Both the position numbers and the translations under genes were made by a program. From Alphaproteobacteria bacterium (lineage in GTDB: Bacteria; Pseudomonadota; Alphaproteobacteria; UBA828): a stretch of DNA of 64,000 nt. The notes under the pieces are model-generated. The model ran no database searches. It worked only from the letters and a program-made list of their open reading frames with translations, and was not told where the DNA came from. How positions within the stretch are numbered: the stretch's first letter is position 1; every line of letters starts with the position of its first letter. Positions 59,138-64,000 of this stretch are shown here, one piece after another. Location of the stretch: NCBI GenBank assembly GCA_016869195.1, contig VGET01000001.1, forward strand, positions 2,800 through 66,799. The letters run 5' to 3'.

Positions 59138-60211
59138 ATGACACTCGAGCTGAGACAGGTGAGCAAGCGCGTGGGTGCCGATGTGCACATCCACGAGACC
59201 AGCCTCATGCTGGAGCCCGGCAGCTTCAACATCCTGCTCGGCACGACCTTGGCCGGAAAGACCACGTTGATGAAGCTGATGGCGGGGCTCGATCGGCCGA
59301 GTACCGGCTCGATCTGGTTCGACGGCCAGAACGTGACCGGTGTTTCCGTGCAGAAGCGCAATCTCTCGATGGTCTATCAGCAGTTCATCAACTACCCGAA
59401 TCTGAGCGTCTACGAGAATATCGCGTCGCCCCTGCGCGTGGCCGGCGTTGCACGACGTGAGATCGATGCGCGCGTCCAGGAGGTGGCGGAGCTCTTGCGG
59501 CTGACTCCCATGCTGAAGCGCCGGCCGAGCGAGCTCTCCGGCGGCCAGCAGCAGCGCACCGCGCTCGCGCGCGCGCTCGCTAAGGAGTCGAGCCTCATTC
59601 TGCTTGACGAGCCGCTCGCCAACCTCGACTACAAGCTTAGGGAGGAGCTTCGCGACGAGCTGCCGAAGCTCTTCGCCGATCGCAACTGCATCGTCGCCTA
59701 CGCCACCACGGAGGCCTCCGAGGCGCTGCTGTTCGGCGGTAACACGGCGACCCTGCATGAGGGCCGCGTGACCCAGTTCGGGCCGACCTCGACGATCTAC
59801 CGCCGCCCCAATACACTGACAAGCGCAAGAGTCTTCTCCGACCCGCCGATCAACGTCGCGCGGATCCGAAAAGCGGGCGATGAGATCGTCGTCGGCGAAC
59901 GCGTGCGGTGGCCGGTTGGGCGCGCGGCACGTCATCTCGCCGATGGCGACTATTCGATCGGCATCCGCCCGCACCACATCACACCCCATCGCGGCAACGA
60001 GGGTAGCGCGACGATCGAAGGTCGCGTGCTGGTCGCGGAACTGAGTGGGTCGGAAAGCGTCGTCCATTTCGACATGGACGGTCAGACCTGGGTCTCTCAA
60101 TCGCAGGGAATTCACCCGTTCGAGGTCGGTTCGCTGACGCGGCTTCAGGTCGATGTCGAGCGCGGCTTCATTTTCAGCGCGGACGGCGACCTGATGGCTG
60201 GAGGCGATTGA
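59138..60211 (+). CDS. glpS: ABC transporter ATP-binding protein (GlpS-like).
   Basis: It has a degenerate Walker A (GTTLAGKTT), an LSGGQQQR signature and a MalK-like C-terminal domain. Confidence 0.6.
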   Translation: MTLELRQVSKRVGADVHIHETSLMLEPGSFNILLGTTLAGKTTLMKLMAGLDRPSTGSIWFDGQNVTGVSVQKRNLSMVYQQFINYPNLSVYENIASPLRVAGVARREIDARVQEVAELLRLTPMLKRRPSELSGGQQQRTALARALAKESSLILLDEPLANLDYKLREELRDELPKLFADRNCIVAYATTEASEALLFGGNTATLHEGRVTQFGPTSTIYRRPNTLTSARVFSDPPINVARIRKAGDEIVVGERVRWPVGRAARHLADGDYSIGIRPHHITPHRGNEGSATIEGRVLVAELSGSESVVHFDMDGQTWVSQSQGIHPFEVGSLTRLQVDVERGFIFSADGDLMAGGD

Positions 60212-61278
60212 TGGCACGGGTCACCCTTCAGGCACTTCGCCACAGCTACTACCCGAAGCCACAGTCCGACGCGGACTGGGCGCTGAAGAGGATCGACCTC
60301 GAGTGGAGGGACGGTGGCGCCTACGCGCTGCTCGGCCCGTCGGGCTGCGGCAAGACGACGCTTCTCAACCTGATTTCGGGCCTGTTGCAACCGACCGAAG
60401 GCCGCCTGCTCTTCGATGATCGCGACGTCACCAAGGCCTCGCCGGAGCAACGCAATATCGCGCAGGTTTTCCAGTTCCCGGTCATCTACGACACGATGAC
60501 GGTCTACGATAACCTCGCCTTTCCGCTCCGCAACCGCCGGGTTGCCCGCGCCGAGATCGATCGGCGGGTGCGCGAGATTGCCGCCATGCTGGATCTCGAC
60601 CACATGCTGACCAAGCGGGCCTCTGGCCTTACCGCCGATGGCAAACAGAAGATTTCGCTCGGGCGGGGGCTCGTTCGCTCCGATGTCAACGTCGTCATGT
60701 TCGACGAGCCGCTGACCGTGATTGACCCGCACCTCAAATGGGTGCTGCGCTCGAAACTGAAGGAGCTGCACTACCGGATCAACCGGACGATGATCTACGT
60801 GACTCACGATCAGACCGAAGCGCTCACCTTCGCCGACCAAGTGGTGGTCATGAAGGATGGCGCGGTCATGCAGGTTGGCACTCCGGTTGAGCTGTTCGAG
60901 CGTCCGCGACACACGTTCGTCGGTCATTTCATCGGCTCGCCGGGCATGAACGTGCTGCCCTGCGAGATCCGCAACGGCAAGGTGGTGTTCGCCGGCTTGG
61001 CGTTGGACGGCCTGAAGGTCGGCTCGTACCGGGACGAGGGCAAGCGGCTCGAGCTCGGCGTTCGACCCGAGTTCGTGCATTTCGCACCCGCCGGCATCCC
61101 GGTGCAGGTCGTCAAGGTTGCCGATGCCGGACGTCACCGCATCGTCGAAGCACGCCACGCTACGCACGTGATCAAGCTCCTGGTGCCGGAAGGCGAGGCG
61201 ATTCCGGCTGAAGGCGCCTATGTCCGCTTCGAGCCGGACCGAACGCAGGTCTACCAGGACGGCTGGATGGTGACGTGA
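60208..61278 (+). CDS. glpT: ABC transporter ATP-binding protein (GlpT-like).
   Basis: It has a Walker A (GPSGCGKTT) and a degenerate signature region. Confidence 0.6.
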   Translation: MMARVTLQALRHSYYPKPQSDADWALKRIDLEWRDGGAYALLGPSGCGKTTLLNLISGLLQPTEGRLLFDDRDVTKASPEQRNIAQVFQFPVIYDTMTVYDNLAFPLRNRRVARAEIDRRVREIAAMLDLDHMLTKRASGLTADGKQKISLGRGLVRSDVNVVMFDEPLTVIDPHLKWVLRSKLKELHYRINRTMIYVTHDQTEALTFADQVVVMKDGAVMQVGTPVELFERPRHTFVGHFIGSPGMNVLPCEIRNGKVVFAGLALDGLKVGSYRDEGKRLELGVRPEFVHFAPAGIPVQVVKVADAGRHRIVEARHATHVIKLLVPEGEAIPAEGAYVRFEPDRTQVYQDGWMVT

Positions 61279-61282
61279 GCGC

Positions 61283-62151
<869 letters not shown>

Positions 62152-62152
<1 letters not shown>

Positions 62153-62952
62153 TGGGACGCGCCCGCGGCCTGGTGCCGGCTGTCTACATTCTCTTTGTGC
62201 TGCTGCCGATCTACTGGCTGCTCAACATGTCGTTCAAGACCACGAACGAGATCCTCGGCTCGTTCACGCTGTTCCCGAGCGAGTTCACCGTCGAGAACTA
62301 CACCAAGATTTTCAGCGACCCGACCTGGTATGGCGGTTATATCAACTCGCTGATCTACGTCGTCATCAACACCGTGCTGTCAGTCGCCGTCGCGCTGCCG
62401 GCCGCCTATGCCTTCTCGCGCTATCGCTTCCTCGGCGACAAGCACCTCTTCTTCTGGCTGCTCACCAACCGCATGGCGCCACCGGCGGTGTTTGCCCTGC
62501 CCTTCCTCCAGCTCTATTCTGCGGTCGGCCTGTTCGATACCCCGATCGCCGTCGCGCTCGCGCACACGCTCTTCAACGTGCCGCTCGCCGTGTGGATTCT
62601 CGAGGGCTTCATGTCAAGCGTGCCGAAGGAACTCGACGAGACCGCCTACGTCGACGGCTATTCGTTCTGGCGTTTCTTCCTTCGCATCTTCGTCCCGACC
62701 ATCGCGGCGGGCATTGGCGTCGCGGCCTTCTTCTGCTTCATGTTTTCCTGGGTCGAGCTTCTGCTGGCAAAGACGCTCACCTCCGTCGAGGCGAAACCGA
62801 TCGCGGCGACGATGACCCGAACGGCGAGCACGTCGGGCTACGAGCTTGGCCTGCTCGCGGCGGCCGGCGTGCTCACCATCATTCCCGGTGCCTTCGTGAT
62901 CTATTTCGTGCGGAACTACATCGCGAAGGGCTTCGCCCTGGGCCGCGTGTGA
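62152..62952 (+). CDS. glpQ: ABC transporter permease (GlpQ-like, MalG/UgpE type).
   Basis: The ATG overlaps the glpP stop codon (ATGA), and it has the EAA-loop motif ..DETAYVDGYS... It is the real gene within the spurious 545-aa ORF 61315..62952. Confidence 0.6.
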
Positions 62953-62967
62953 AGGGAGGGTTCGGGC

Positions 62968-63261
62968 ATGGAGGGCACCTCGCTGCTTTCGTGGATGGCC
63001 TGGACCTGGCCGACGGCCGGCTTCTTCATCTTCGTCTTCGTTTGCCTTGTCGCCATGGTGGCCTGGGAACGCCTCGCACCCGGCGGAAGCCCGCGCCGCG
63101 GCGTGCTCGGGCTCGATACGACGCGCGGCGACCGGCTGTTCATCTCGCTCCTCGGCAGCGCGTTCATCTTCCTGATCTGGCTTGGCGTGATGGGGGCCCC
63201 GCTCTGGGGCGGGCTCGGAATCTCGATCGTCTTTTGGTTCGCCGTGTTCCGTTGGGTCTGA
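62968..63261 (+). CDS. glpU: DUF2160 small membrane protein (GlpU-like).
   Basis: It is 97 aa with three hydrophobic helices and holds a conserved position between glpQ and glpK. Confidence 0.5.
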   Translation: MEGTSLLSWMAWTWPTAGFFIFVFVCLVAMVAWERLAPGGSPRRGVLGLDTTRGDRLFISLLGSAFIFLIWLGVMGAPLWGGLGISIVFWFAVFRWV

Positions 63262-63286
63262 GGCCGGGGCAGCGGCGGCACACCCG

Positions 63287-64000
<714 letters not shown>

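Overview
This is a high-GC (~65-68%) chromosomal window whose gene content and synteny point to an alphaproteobacterium of the order Rhizobiales. It is mostly core genome. In order, the window contains:

- A partial tag gene, then a TPR/GT9-like fusion protein and a small catabolic gene set (DehI-like, MhpD-like hydratase, allA).
- coq7, dsbB, a short MFS gene, and phoB with an adjacent lone pstS-like gene.
- A copper-acquisition cluster: DUF2946, a TonB-dependent receptor, YcnI, a CopC-CopD fusion, a His-tailed periplasmic protein and a dedicated TonB.
- A ~2.9 kb lower-GC islet ending in an excisionase/integrase pair that abuts an intact tRNA-Leu(CAA).
- An EamA transporter and a Crp/Fnr regulator next to a 5'-truncated REC-HPt remnant.
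- The conserved mutY, DUF721, dsbA-like, smc block.
- The F0 half of the ATP synthase operon (atpI-B-E-F'-F), with a recognisable sigma70-like promoter and a rho-independent terminator.
- msbA plus the complete acpXL-fabZXL-fabF2XL-fabF1XL-reductase-lpxXL cluster for the very-long-chain fatty acid of lipid A, a Rhizobiales hallmark.
- An SDR, an aspartate-dehydrogenase-like protein and a flavin reductase.
- A LivK-type binding protein with two permeases but no ATPase genes.
- A mixed catabolic cluster: a PEP-mutase/isocitrate-lyase-family enzyme, a PrpF-family isomerase, a TcuA-like flavoprotein and an orphan molybdenum-hydroxylase large subunit.
- A three-gene module (aminoglycoside-phosphotransferase-fold kinase, class-III aminotransferase-fold enzyme, SDR) bracketed by two ~100-120 bp direct copies of a palindrome-rich intergenic repeat.
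- A Rhizobium-type glycerol cluster glpR-glpD-glpVSTPQU-glpK.

I found no CRISPR array and no IS element. The points most worth follow-up are the repeat-flanked kinase/phospho-lyase-like module, the ATPase-less transporter, the integrase islet on the 5' side of the tRNA, the truncated REC-HPt gene, and a frameshifted lipoprotein gene.
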